A DNA stretch of 64,000 bases from an uncultured Lachnospiraceae bacterium. GTDB lineage: Bacteria; Bacillota; Clostridia; Christensenellales; UBA1242. This document shows, one piece after another, positions 51,417 to 60,849 of the stretch (within the stretch, counting starts at the first letter, position 1; the number at the start of each line of letters is the position of its first letter). Location of the stretch: assembly GCA_964393975.1 (NCBI GenBank), contig CAYMVO010000003.1, positions 11,760 to 75,759 of the forward strand, in the 5' to 3' direction. The translations under genes and the position numbers were made by a program. Below the pieces are notes generated by a model. It did not search any database. It was not told the DNA's origin and saw nothing but the letters and a program-made list of their open reading frames with translations.

Positions 51417-52436
51417 TTAACTATTTAGTTTTTCCATTACTTTTAGGGCGATTGAGTTGTCGACGAGTTTAGAAAACTCTACCTTTTGGTCTAGATATCC
51501 TGCGTCTATCATAATGGTTTGGAGTTTGTCTAGTGCGTTTGCGTTCATTACGGGCGTATTGTTCCAAGCGTCAATATTTTTGTAGCTTTGAATTGCTTTT
51601 TTGATAGACTCTAGACTAGTACCCGCAAACGAGTCTTTTAAGGCGTTAGCAACGGTGTCAAGGTCGTTATTTATTATAAAATAATAACCTTTCATCACTG
51701 CGGTCAAAAACTTTTCTATTTTTTCGCTATTCTTTTTTGCATAATCTTTTTTTGATATAAAGGCGGTGTATGGTATTTCTCCGCTTTCTTGACCAACACT
51801 TGCGATATTATAACCTTTACCCGCCATTTCATAGTCGCTAGCGGTCGGCTCAAACATAGTGCAGTATGCGTTGGTGCTTGCCTCAAATGCTGGCGCCACC
51901 ATATTAAACGAGTAATCAAGGTTTAGTATCGTGTCAACATCTGCGCTTATCTGGTCACCTACCTTTAGACCATTCTTTTTGAGTACATATTCTAGTACCA
52001 TAGCAGGGACGCCACCCTTACGCCCACCGATAATCTCTTTGCCTTTTAGGTCGGACCAACTAAAATCTGTATCGTTTGTCTTGCTCATTAGGAACGAACC
52101 GTCACGCTTTGTGAGTTGCCCAAAAATAACCGGCGCGTTCTTTGCGCCCTCTTTCACTACATAGATGCACGCTTCAGGTCCCATAAGACCGATATCCGCG
52201 TCACCACTTAGTACTGATGCCATAGATTTATCCGCGCCACCGCCATTAGTGAGCTCTATTTTTAGACCTTCATCTTCAAAATATTTATTGTTGATTGCCA
52301 CATACAAAGGTGCGTAAAAAATACTATGAGTCACTTCATTTAGTCTAATTGTGTTATTATCACTATTGGTGCAACCAGCAAATAAAAAAGTCACCGATAA
52401 TATAGTAGCGCAAATAAATATGCTTAATTTTTTCAT
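51417..52436 (-). CDS. ABC transporter substrate-binding lipoprotein (NMT1/THI5-like, YtlA-like)
   Basis: Lipobox LFAGC; EVTHSIFYAPLYVA...EGL..GGGADK. Confidence 0.9.
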   Translation of the reverse strand: MKKLSIFICATILSVTFLFAGCTNSDNNTIRLNEVTHSIFYAPLYVAINNKYFEDEGLKIELTNGGGADKSMASVLSGDADIGLMGPEACIYVVKEGAKNAPVIFGQLTKRDGSFLMSKTNDTDFSWSDLKGKEIIGGRKGGVPAMVLEYVLKKNGLKVGDQISADVDTILNLDYSFNMVAPAFEASTNAYCTMFEPTASDYEMAGKGYNIASVGQESGEIPYTAFISKKDYAKKNSEKIEKFLTAVMKGYYFIINNDLDTVANALKDSFAGTSLESIKKAIQSYKNIDAWNNTPVMNANALDKLQTIMIDAGYLDQKVEFSKLVDNSIALKVMEKLNS

Positions 52437-52587
52437 AAAATCTCCTTTTTTTAGTTTGTAATATACTATTCAAAGCGGATTATAAATGTTAATATTTTAA
52501 ATATTTACTTTTTTTTGAAAATACTTGAAAAGTTGCACTAAGTTTGTTATAATGATAAAGAAATATTTTATAAAGGGTTGGCTCGTT

Positions 52588-52845
52588 ATGAATTTTAATA
52601 ACATTTATTTACTGGCAAGTTTGATGGAGTGGCTTGAAAACCCACTAGCAATAGTAGGTGTGGTTTTGGCGGCGGTAGGTCTTGCGATGGCGTTTATAGC
52701 TAAGCGTATCACTAAGGCAGTTAGACATAAGAGTGATATTGATTCTAATGATAAGGTTTATGTTTCTTTGTGTTTGACTGGCTTGATTTTGGTCATAGTG
52801 GCGCTAATATTAGTCGCGGTCGCATCATCAAAGTTACCTCAATAA
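52588..52845 (+). CDS. Small 2-TM membrane protein
   Basis: Two hydrophobic helices separated by a basic loop. Confidence 0.65.
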   Translation: MNFNNIYLLASLMEWLENPLAIVGVVLAAVGLAMAFIAKRITKAVRHKSDIDSNDKVYVSLCLTGLILVIVALILVAVASSKLPQ

Positions 52846-52908
52846 ATTTTTTGTGAAAAACGCCAATATTTTTTGGTGTTTTTTTGATTTTTGGTGTATA
52901 ATAAAGAT

Positions 52909-54720
52909 ATGAATGAGAAAATAAAAGAAAAATTAAATAATATGCCTATGAAATCTGGCGTTTATATAATGAAAGACTCTTCAAATAATGTTATCTACGT
53001 CGGCAAGGCTAAGCGCTTAAAAAATCGTGTGAGTAGTTACTTTAACGGTAGCGCAAAACACACCAAAGTGTTAGCACTCGTGGAGCATATCACAGATTTA
53101 GATTATATCATTTGCGATAGCGAATACGATGCACTAGCGCTCGAGAGTAATCTCATAAAAAAATATATGCCTTTTTATAACATTCTTCTAAAGGACGGCA
53201 AGGCATATCCGTACATTAGGGTAGGTGTCAACGAACCTTACGGAAAGGTAGAGATTGTGAGAAAGATTGATAGTGACGGCGCAAAATATTTTGGTCCTTA
53301 TGTGGAGGGCGTGAGGGCAAAGGAATTGATAGAACTAATCAATAATACCTTTTTATTGCCAAATTGCGGACACAAATTAAAGCTGGACAAACCTATAAAG
53401 CCGTGTATAAACTATAGTATGGGACTTTGCGTGGCACCTTGTGCGCATTACGTCACACCAAAGGACTACAAGGCGCGACTAGACAAAGTCATAGACTTTT
53501 TGAGCGGAAATGATAGCGCTGTGGAGGGCGAGCTAAAGTCGCAAATGCAAATTGCGGTAGAAAAAGAGGACTTTGAAAGGGCTATAAAACTAAGAGATTA
53601 TCTAAAAGTCGTAAGTAAATTAAAGAGCAAGGTCATTGCACAATTACCTAAGACGCTAAACGCCGATTTGATAGCGTATATCTCTAATGGTATAAATAAT
53701 AGTATTGCGATAGGTTCTGTTAGGGCGGGTAAATTGCTAGGTATTTTCACCGAATCTACCGATTTGATGGACGATAATATGCTAGAAGATTTTATCGTGC
53801 ATTATTATACAGATAGACTAATACCGAGTGAGATTTATATAAATAGACCTATGTCTAGTGAGGTTTCTAAGTTTTTAGGTACGCTAGCACATCACAAAGT
53901 GCGATGCTTTACGCCACTAAAAGGTGTAAAAAAATCATTACTAGATATGGCGATAAAGAATGCTAATCAGCACTTTATAAAAGAAAACGACCGAAGTACC
54001 ATAGTCTACAACAAGACTCTTGGCGCGGTGTATAGCCTACAGAAAGAGCTTAGACTAGATAGACCACCTATGCGGATAGAATGCTATGATATTTCGCATA
54101 TTAGCGGTACTTTTAAGGTGGGTTCAATGGTTGTCTTTATAGGCGGTCAACCCGCTAAAAATCATTATAGAAAGTTTAAAATAAAAGAGGTAGAGGGTAA
54201 TAATGATTTTGAGAGTCTAAAGGAGGTCATAAGGCGTAGACTTGGTAACATACTTGAGGGGGCGGAGGATGTGAGTCTAGGTAGCGTACCTGATTTGATG
54301 GTGATTGACGGCGGTAAAGGACAACTCAGTAGCGTTATGGAGATCTTTAAAGAGGTGGATAAAGGCGTGACAAACTCTATAAATGTCGTGTCACTTGCTA
54401 AGCGTATTGAGGAGGTGTTTGTACCTAATACTAGCGAACCTATTATACTAGACCACCACCATTACTCGCTAAAGTTACTACAAAAAATCCGTGATGAAGC
54501 GCATAGGTTTGCTATCACTTTCCATAGAGATTTGCGGGGTAAAGGGATGATTGTCAGCGTGCTAGACGGCATAAAGGGAGTCGGGCAAAAAAGAAAATTG
54601 AGCTTGCTACGAACCTTTAAGACTGTAGAAAATTTAAAAAACGCTACCTTAGATGAGATAGAAGCAGTGGATGGAATGAGTAAAAATACCGCGTTAAATA
54701 TTTTTAGGGCATTGCATTAA
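52909..54720 (+). CDS. uvrC: Excinuclease ABC subunit C
   Basis: GIY-YIG (GVYIMK...YVGKAKRLKNRV), UVR domain, ECYDISH, DGGKGQ, RDEAHRFA, HhH motifs. Confidence 0.97.
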   Translation: MNEKIKEKLNNMPMKSGVYIMKDSSNNVIYVGKAKRLKNRVSSYFNGSAKHTKVLALVEHITDLDYIICDSEYDALALESNLIKKYMPFYNILLKDGKAYPYIRVGVNEPYGKVEIVRKIDSDGAKYFGPYVEGVRAKELIELINNTFLLPNCGHKLKLDKPIKPCINYSMGLCVAPCAHYVTPKDYKARLDKVIDFLSGNDSAVEGELKSQMQIAVEKEDFERAIKLRDYLKVVSKLKSKVIAQLPKTLNADLIAYISNGINNSIAIGSVRAGKLLGIFTESTDLMDDNMLEDFIVHYYTDRLIPSEIYINRPMSSEVSKFLGTLAHHKVRCFTPLKGVKKSLLDMAIKNANQHFIKENDRSTIVYNKTLGAVYSLQKELRLDRPPMRIECYDISHISGTFKVGSMVVFIGGQPAKNHYRKFKIKEVEGNNDFESLKEVIRRRLGNILEGAEDVSLGSVPDLMVIDGGKGQLSSVMEIFKEVDKGVTNSINVVSLAKRIEEVFVPNTSEPIILDHHHYSLKLLQKIRDEAHRFAITFHRDLRGKGMIVSVLDGIKGVGQKRKLSLLRTFKTVENLKNATLDEIEAVDGMSKNTALNIFRALH

Positions 54721-54773
54721 ATTGTTTGACAAAAGATTACAAAAGTTTTAAAATATACAAGGAGGTAAAGAGT

Positions 54774-55367
54774 ATGAAAGAGTATTTTAAAAATTTAAAG
54801 TTTACTTCGCTAGCGTTCGGGCTATTGTATTTACTTTTTGGTTTGTCTTTGCTAATTTGGCAAGACACCGCAAAAGCGACTATGCTCGTTTTGTTTGGCG
54901 TGGCAATAATCGTGTTTGGTGGCGTTAGCATATTAAACTATTTTATTTATCGGACGGAACCTTTTGGCTTGTTTATTGGTGTCATAAATATTGTCTTAGG
55001 TGCGCTAACTATTGTGTACGCTGGCGACTTGTCAAATGCGGGAATTTTTGCGGGCGTGTTTGCTTTTATATTTATGTTTAGTGCGGTTTTCAAATTTCAA
55101 AATGCACTTATACATAGACGTTTTGGTGTGAAAAATTGGTGGCTTGAGGCTATTTTTGGCACAATAATGCTAGTAGTTAGTATAGTGATTATATGTAGTC
55201 CGTTTGCGGAAAATGTTTTACTGACGCTCTTAGGACTGTGTATAATTATAGATGCCATTATGCAAATAATAACGACATTTATTGTCGCTAATAAATTAAA
55301 GAAAATCAAACATTCATTTAAAGAGTTTTTTACCGTCAAAGATGAAGATGATGTTATAGAACTTTGA
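54774..55367 (+). CDS. HdeD/DUF308 family membrane protein
   Basis: RBS AGGAGG; repeated short TM hairpins. Confidence 0.75.
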   Translation: MKEYFKNLKFTSLAFGLLYLLFGLSLLIWQDTAKATMLVLFGVAIIVFGGVSILNYFIYRTEPFGLFIGVINIVLGALTIVYAGDLSNAGIFAGVFAFIFMFSAVFKFQNALIHRRFGVKNWWLEAIFGTIMLVVSIVIICSPFAENVLLTLLGLCIIIDAIMQIITTFIVANKLKKIKHSFKEFFTVKDEDDVIEL

Positions 55368-55394
55368 TAATGTTTGATATAGAAAAAACTGCTA

Positions 55395-55498
55395 TCTAAG
55401 GGCTAGCACTTTTGAAACTAGCAGAATAAAAAGAAAGGAACAATGTAAAATAAATACAATGTTCCTTTTTGTATTAGTTTCAAAAGCAATTGACTAAG
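55395..55498 (+). repeat. ~105-bp palindromic element, copy L
   Basis: Inverted copy at 62831-62936 (central 36 nt are 34/36 identical); arms TTTGAAACTA/TAGTTTCAAA flank a terminator-like hairpin. Confidence 0.8.
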
Positions 55499-55583
55499 GT
55501 CAAAATATATGTCAAATCTTGGATTTCATAACATATTATCCAAATAAAATGATAATTATTTGTTTATCATTTTATTTATTCCC

Positions 55584-56003
55584 CTATGATTGACTTGTAT
55601 TGAAAATATATTTAGTATTGAATTCAAATTCAAATTTATTATCTGGAAATTGAAAATTATTTAGATTGTAAGAGATTTCTTGATATATATCATTTGTACC
55701 ATCTTCTGAAGCCTTAAAAATTGACCAAAATTTATAAAATTCTATTTGTCCACACGCATTAGATTTTATAAAGTCAATAAATTTTATAAATTTCTTTTTA
55801 TTTTCATCCTTGTAAAAATCTTCAAAATTTGTTATGTCGTAGCCAAGTTCATTTACAATAGGGTCAGAAATGTAATAAAATTTTTTATCAAATGTATAAT
55901 TTTTTATATACTTATTTAACGATTTAGTTTCTTCAAAACCTAAATTCAACTTTTTAATGTTTTTAATTTTAGTATCACTACCTATAACATAATATGCACT
56001 CAT
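55584..56003 (-). CDS. Hypothetical 139-aa protein, putative immunity protein
   Basis: AT-rich, aromatic/Lys-rich; RBS GAGG; 6 nt after the stop of a toxin-tip-like fragment. Confidence 0.65.
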   Translation of the reverse strand: MSAYYVIGSDTKIKNIKKLNLGFEETKSLNKYIKNYTFDKKFYYISDPIVNELGYDITNFEDFYKDENKKKFIKFIDFIKSNACGQIEFYKFWSIFKASEDGTNDIYQEISYNLNNFQFPDNKFEFEFNTKYIFNTSQS

Positions 56004-56009
56004 AAGACC

Positions 56010-56271
56010 TCACAATTGTATATATGGCACACCAAATAAACAGTGTCCTTGATGATTATAAGTATGCCAATGATTAAAGAATATACCTTTCTTTAAAACT
56101 CCATCTTTTTCAATATGGGCTTCATCTAAATTAGGAGTTTGACCATTGCCCGCATCTTTAGCTATTTGATAAGCATTTTCCGAATAAAATGTATAAATAG
56201 GTATATTTAATCTAGTCGCCCAAGTCGCTAAAGTTCTATCTATTGGTGTCAATGAAATATACGCAACACCA
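56010..56271 (-). pseudogene. 5'-truncated fragment, probable polymorphic toxin C-terminal tip
   Basis: No proper start or RBS; frame begins at the repeat junction (56271); ends DEAH...FNHWHTYNHQGHCLFG. Confidence 0.5.
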
Positions 56272-56327
56272 TCATTTGAAAATAACGCGTTGCGTTGCTT
56301 TCCTCTGACTTTCGATAATATAAACTA
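56272..56327. repeat. 56-bp repeat, copy 1
   Basis: Identical to 56421-56476. Confidence 0.9.
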
Positions 56328-56395
56328 TGTGATGTTGATTTTCTCACTTATGTTCGTAAATCAATTTTGCTAACGCAAATCCGTTATAAATAACG

Positions 56396-56476
56396 GCATC
56401 ACTGTTTGAATAAACATCAGTCATTTGAAAATAACGCGTTGCGTTGCTTTCCTCTGACTTTCGATAATATAAACTA
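56396..56476. repeat. 56/73-bp repeat, copy 2
   Basis: 56421-56476 is identical to copy 1; 56396-56468 matches 60205-60277 with 4 substitutions. Confidence 0.9.
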
Positions 56477-56671
56477 AAAATTTTTTCATATAATCTCCTA
56501 TGATAAAAAGATTATACAACATTCAATCCCAAATTTCAATACTTAAATTAAAAATCTTTGCATTAGCAAATCAAAATTATGACAAGCAATTGAATCTTAT
56601 TTGATTTTTTAATTTACAAAAAGTATATTCTAGGGAAACTCCTAAAATATACTCTTTATTTCTTAGAAAAT

Positions 56672-56710
56672 ACCGCTAGTTTCAAACAACATTGACTAAG
56701 GGATAGCGGT
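56672..56710 (-). terminator. Hairpin ACCGCTA/TAGCGGT containing a half-copy of the palindromic element
   Basis: 56677-56701 matches 55475-55499 at 21/25 nt; lies just 3' of the 56719 stop. Confidence 0.6.
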
Positions 56711-56718
56711 TTTTGCTT

Positions 56719-58809
56719 TTAATCTTCTTTTTTATATATTCTATAGATTGAGTATTTATATAGCGGGATATTGTCCATTATTTGATACAAATTTCTCTTA
56801 AAGTTTATATCGTCCACATTTACTTGTATATTGTGTTTTTTACTCTCAGCGTTTATATCTTTCGTTATATCGTCCAAACCTTTAAAGGTCGTCAAGGTCA
56901 ACAATTCTCTTGTCGTCGTGTTTAGCGTGCTTAGGTGGTTTGCGGTGATATAATTTTTCTTTTTCATAGGGATAAACCCTTTTATAAACCAAAACGCATT
57001 AGAGCGTAATTGTTCCTGATAGGCGAGCATATTACGAGTGGACAAAGTATCAGGGTATGGATAGGTGTAGACTTTTTCTCTTTTGTTGTATATGATTTCT
57101 TTCAAAGGATCGTATACTTTGTAAAATTCCTTATTGCTGACTTCTTCAGTACCTATTAAATCAAATCCACAAAGGTTGAGCTTTGTCCTAATATTTATAC
57201 TGCTAAATATATCAAAATCTTTCAAGTTTACATCTTGCGAGTTCCAAAGATTTAATTTCAATTTATCTAGTGCGCGTTGTTGTTGATTTATGCGAGATAT
57301 TTTGTTGATAGACTCTAATTGTTCCACAACTTCCGCATTTTTGAGTTCCTCTTGAAAGTTTCTTTCAATGGATAGTTTGTTTAATTTTTCGCAAATAATT
57401 GTGTCATAGTTCATTATATCGTATTCGCCGTAAGGTTCTACGCCCGCATCTAGTAAAACATTTTTATATATAGCGTTTGTTATCCTACAAAAATATTTAA
57501 TATTTAGCATATTGTATTGTTTGAAATATTGTTTTAGTCGTATCACTTCGTCAATATTATCTAGGTCGCTACCAAAGCTCACTATTACATAAGTAAGCGA
57601 GTCGTTTTTATCCTTTAACGAATTTACAAATTCATCCAAATCTACTTGAAATTCTTTTTTGTAAAAATCTTTCTTGTGATATGTTAGATTCATGGGTTTT
57701 GTAGGTAGGTCAAAATACTCAGTTTGGTTAAACTTGCCGTCACAAAATCTACCAAAGTTAGAGTTGTAGTTTTTATCCGCAAAATCGTTTTTATCAAATA
57801 TATGATAGTCTACTATCTTTGGCGTAGGTGTGCCGTTTATTAGTGTAGGAAATTGATTGTCCGCGATGAGATAGTTGAATAGGTTTTTATTAGGGTTGCC
57901 GTGTCCTATAAGTAAAACGCTTAATGAAGTATCACTACTTACGCTAGCGGTGGAGTAGTCTATTTGTGAATGAGATAAAAACCTTGTCATAGGGTAGTCG
58001 GTGATAAATTTTTGAGATATAAGGCTGTACTTATTGAAAAAACTAATATTTTCGTTGCCGTAATTAAACTTGAACGCCTCCTCATATTGATTGTCTATTG
58101 AGATATAAAGATTGAATAAATGATTGTCAATTTCTTTGTAAGAGTTTATAATCTTTAAAATATTTTCACTATTTGTGTCAAAACTTATAAATGTTACCCT
58201 TTTATTTTTAAATTGAGAAAATCCTTTTGCGTTGATTTTGTCAAATTTTAGGTTTAAAAACTTTTTAGACAAAAGTTCCTTTTTAAAGTCTTTTGCGACG
58301 TCACCTATCCAAAAAATCACATTTTTTGACGGGATAGTTTGAGCGAACTTTTTTGCGTCCTCATTGTATCCTAAAATGACAAAAATCTCTTTTTTACCAA
58401 ATAGTATACGTTTTGTTTTGAAAAAGTTGGAAAAATAACGACCTATTATACCTAGCAAAGCAAATAACAATGCAAATAGATTTAAGAAAAACGATATGTT
58501 AAACGCTACCTCAAATAAGACATTTTGTGATATGGCAGGTGAGAGGACGCCCAAATCTACCTTTAGCACGCAAGCACCTATTGCTTGTGATATGCAGTCG
58601 GATAAATTTAATATAAAATCATTCTTTGCGACCTCGCCGTATCCAAATATTGCTATTGCGTAGACGCAAAAGTTTACTATCAGCGTCGGGATAAAGTATT
58701 TTGCGTTTTTGATATCTACTATTTCTTTTTGCGTGAGTAACTTTATACCCATAAAAATTAGTACTAAAATCTCAAATATAATTAGACCTATTATAACTGT
58801 GTTTATCAT
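56719..58809 (-). CDS. Membrane protein: N-terminal channel-like TM region, two Rossmann/RCK-like domains, C-terminal RyR-like domain
   Basis: TM helices at aa ~1-130; VILGYNE and LLIGHG dinucleotide-binding strands; C-terminal LAYQEQLRSNAFWFIKGF.P...IMDNIP resembles RyR-domain LA..EH.RW.....GW. RBS GGAGG sets the start at 58809. Confidence 0.65.
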   Translation of the reverse strand: MINTVIIGLIIFEILVLIFMGIKLLTQKEIVDIKNAKYFIPTLIVNFCVYAIAIFGYGEVAKNDFILNLSDCISQAIGACVLKVDLGVLSPAISQNVLFEVAFNISFFLNLFALLFALLGIIGRYFSNFFKTKRILFGKKEIFVILGYNEDAKKFAQTIPSKNVIFWIGDVAKDFKKELLSKKFLNLKFDKINAKGFSQFKNKRVTFISFDTNSENILKIINSYKEIDNHLFNLYISIDNQYEEAFKFNYGNENISFFNKYSLISQKFITDYPMTRFLSHSQIDYSTASVSSDTSLSVLLIGHGNPNKNLFNYLIADNQFPTLINGTPTPKIVDYHIFDKNDFADKNYNSNFGRFCDGKFNQTEYFDLPTKPMNLTYHKKDFYKKEFQVDLDEFVNSLKDKNDSLTYVIVSFGSDLDNIDEVIRLKQYFKQYNMLNIKYFCRITNAIYKNVLLDAGVEPYGEYDIMNYDTIICEKLNKLSIERNFQEELKNAEVVEQLESINKISRINQQQRALDKLKLNLWNSQDVNLKDFDIFSSINIRTKLNLCGFDLIGTEEVSNKEFYKVYDPLKEIIYNKREKVYTYPYPDTLSTRNMLAYQEQLRSNAFWFIKGFIPMKKKNYITANHLSTLNTTTRELLTLTTFKGLDDITKDINAESKKHNIQVNVDDINFKRNLYQIMDNIPLYKYSIYRIYKKED

Positions 58810-58827
58810 ACAAACCTCCATTCAAAG

Positions 58828-58920
58828 AGTATAATACACTATTTGTCTTTTGTCAATTTGTTTGTTGGTCCAAATTATTTAATTCAAATGGTTGACAAAT
58901 TGCGCTTTCGCTAGTATAAT
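58828..58920. promoter_or_regulatory. Back-to-back SigA promoters
   Basis: Minus strand TTGACA-17-TATACT (58856 to 58828); plus strand TTGACA-17-TATAAT (58892-58920). Confidence 0.75.
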
Positions 58921-58948
58921 ATCTACAATTATGTGTTGGAGTAAGAGT

Positions 58949-59920
58949 ATGGAAAAGTTAAAGGCAAATAGTTTACCGAGCGTCTATGTCTTTGATATTG
59001 AGGGGACTTTGCTAGATGGTTACGGCAAGATTAGAGCTGGCGCAAAGGAAATGTTTACCGCGATCAAGACAAAGACCGATAGAAAGGTGTTGTTTGAGTC
59101 GGGTATGAATGAGAAAGAAGTCCTTTCTATTATCGATAAGATCAATGCGGAGTTGGATGAAGATTGCAAGTTGACTCCTTGCGTTGCTAGTTGTTGCGGT
59201 AGTCGTATCATTAATGAAAAGGGCGAGCCTATTTTTTGCGATATTATTAGTTTTGAGGATATCCAGACTATAAACCGTATCTTGCTAAAGTATAGTCCTT
59301 CCACGGCGATTGTTTATAGGACAAAGACGGAAAACGTGATTTGCAAGATTGAGGAGTTGTATACGGGGTTTGGTAAAAAGCTCACTACTGAGGAGCAAGA
59401 CAAACTGGATAACATTTATCAGATTTTGTACACGACTCATAATGTACCGTTGCTTTGTAGAGAGGTGGGGCATAAGGAGTTAGAGCAAATGCTCAATAAT
59501 GGCGAGGTGTTTTCGTTAGAGATTGCTGGTGTTGACCTCAATAACGATCCCGCTTTAAATGCAAAAGTCGCTAAAGAAATCGCAAAAGCGACTGGTCTAA
59601 AGTATAGTCTCAGTGTCACTATGCAACTCGCTAGACAAGATAAATATACTGCGCTAGTTAATTTTATAGGCGTCAAAGAGGCGAGAAACGCTTGCTATAT
59701 GGGTGACGGCGCAAATGATATTCCGTGTCTAAAAAGATGTGGACATAGCGTGTCCGCTTTTGCAAAATTAAAAGATGTGGTAAGGGCGAGCAAGTTTGCG
59801 GTAAATACCACACTAGTAGAGGTGATACCTTATATAATAGGCGAACCTTATGATGCAAAGCGTCTGAAAGGACTTAGCAATATGTGTCTAAAACAAGCAT
59901 TAGCGAGAAGGAAAAAATGA
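58949..59920 (+). CDS. Cof-type HAD hydrolase (divergent)
   Basis: Motif I FDIEGTLLD, cap domain, DK, motif IV MGDGANDIPCL. Confidence 0.8.
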   Translation: MEKLKANSLPSVYVFDIEGTLLDGYGKIRAGAKEMFTAIKTKTDRKVLFESGMNEKEVLSIIDKINAELDEDCKLTPCVASCCGSRIINEKGEPIFCDIISFEDIQTINRILLKYSPSTAIVYRTKTENVICKIEELYTGFGKKLTTEEQDKLDNIYQILYTTHNVPLLCREVGHKELEQMLNNGEVFSLEIAGVDLNNDPALNAKVAKEIAKATGLKYSLSVTMQLARQDKYTALVNFIGVKEARNACYMGDGANDIPCLKRCGHSVSAFAKLKDVVRASKFAVNTTLVEVIPYIIGEPYDAKRLKGLSNMCLKQALARRKK

Positions 59921-59965
59921 TATCTTTTATAATTTTTTGTAGCCGACTATCTTAGTCGGTCTTAT

Positions 59966-60053
59966 GGAGAGGTGTCTGAGTGGTCTAAAGTGCTGTCTTG
60001 GAAAGGCAGTGTTGGGAAATCAACCGCAGGTTCAAATCCTGTCCTCTCTGCCA
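59966..60053 (+). tRNA. tRNA-Ser(GGA)
   Basis: Cloverleaf with long variable arm, anticodon loop TTGGAAA, CCA end. Confidence 0.95.
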
Positions 60054-60204
60054 AGTTATTCGCGCGTAAATCTTATATACTAAGGTTTGCGTTGTTTTTT
60101 ATTTAAAAAGCAAAAAGTCTTAAAGATATTAGAAACTATGTGTCGTAAATTTTAAATCAAATTTAAAATTTTTATTGCTATCGCAATTACACAATAAATT
60201 GTGT

Positions 60205-60277
60205 GCGTCACTGATTGAATAAACATCAGTCATTTGAAAATAACGCGTTACGTTGCTTTCCTCTGACTTCCGATAAT
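60205..60277. repeat. 73-bp repeat, copy 3
   Basis: Matches 56396-56468; 150 nt downstream of tRNA-Ser. Confidence 0.88.
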
Positions 60278-60558
60278 TTTAATTAACAAGTTGCATAAGC
60301 CTTTTGATAGCTGAAAAATTTGACCATATTGAAGTCTTGGTTATAAAAAATCTTTTATGCGCTATAACTTCTAATCTAATAGCGTATCGCAGTCAATAAA
60401 CAACCTGTGAAGATGAAAATTTATAATAATTCGTTCATCCCATTTTGACCTTATTTATTTTTTATCACGCTAAAGTAAGCTAGTAGTTTAGGTATAAAAA
60501 CACAAACAAAACCCCAACTAAATAATTACACTAAATTGTAAAGTTTTTCAAAATGATG

Positions 60559-60587
60559 TTGACAAAAAAAAATAAATTTGATATCAT
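60559..60587 (+). promoter_or_regulatory. Strong SigA promoter of peptide/rSAM operon
   Basis: TTGACA, 17 nt, extended -10 TGaTATCAT. Confidence 0.78.
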
Positions 60588-60627
60588 AATACTAAGTTTA
60601 TATGCTTAAATTATAGGGAGGGTAAAG

Positions 60628-60789
60628 ATGTTTTATCTAAATGAAACTTTGAAAGAAAAAATTTATTCAAAAATTAACAACAAATTTGAATTTTGCGACA
60701 TTACTGAAAAATCTTATACAGAAAACTGTTCGTGTAAGGGTGGTTGTGGTACTTATACACCGCCATGTTCATGCTGTGCTTATAATTAA
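60628..60789 (+). CDS. 53-aa Cys-rich RiPP precursor candidate (not in ORF track): MFYLNETLKEKIYSKINNKFEFCDITEKSYTENCSCKGGCGTYTPPCSCCAYN
   Basis: RBS AGGGAGG, upstream promoter, leader plus Cys/Gly-rich core (7 Cys), 60 nt before the radical SAM gene. Confidence 0.85.
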   Translation: MFYLNETLKEKIYSKINNKFEFCDITEKSYTENCSCKGGCGTYTPPCSCCAYN

Positions 60790-60849
60790 TACTGAAGATT
60801 GAAATAATACGGGCAAAACCTTGTTCCGTTATTTTTTAAGGAGAAAATT

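Noticed and set aside
52437-52524. TPP riboswitch upstream of the THI5-like binding protein
   Set aside because: No CTGAGA/ACCTGA motifs; the transporter looks more like YtlA/C/D.
56272-56476. Repeat-spacer-repeat pattern as a CRISPR array
   Set aside because: Only two adjacent 56-bp copies with a 93-nt gap, too long for CRISPR repeats; no cas genes in the window.
60205-60277. GAGGAAAG on the minus strand as RNase P RNA
   Set aside because: Not followed by GTCC, and no downstream P4 partner; it is part of the dispersed repeat.
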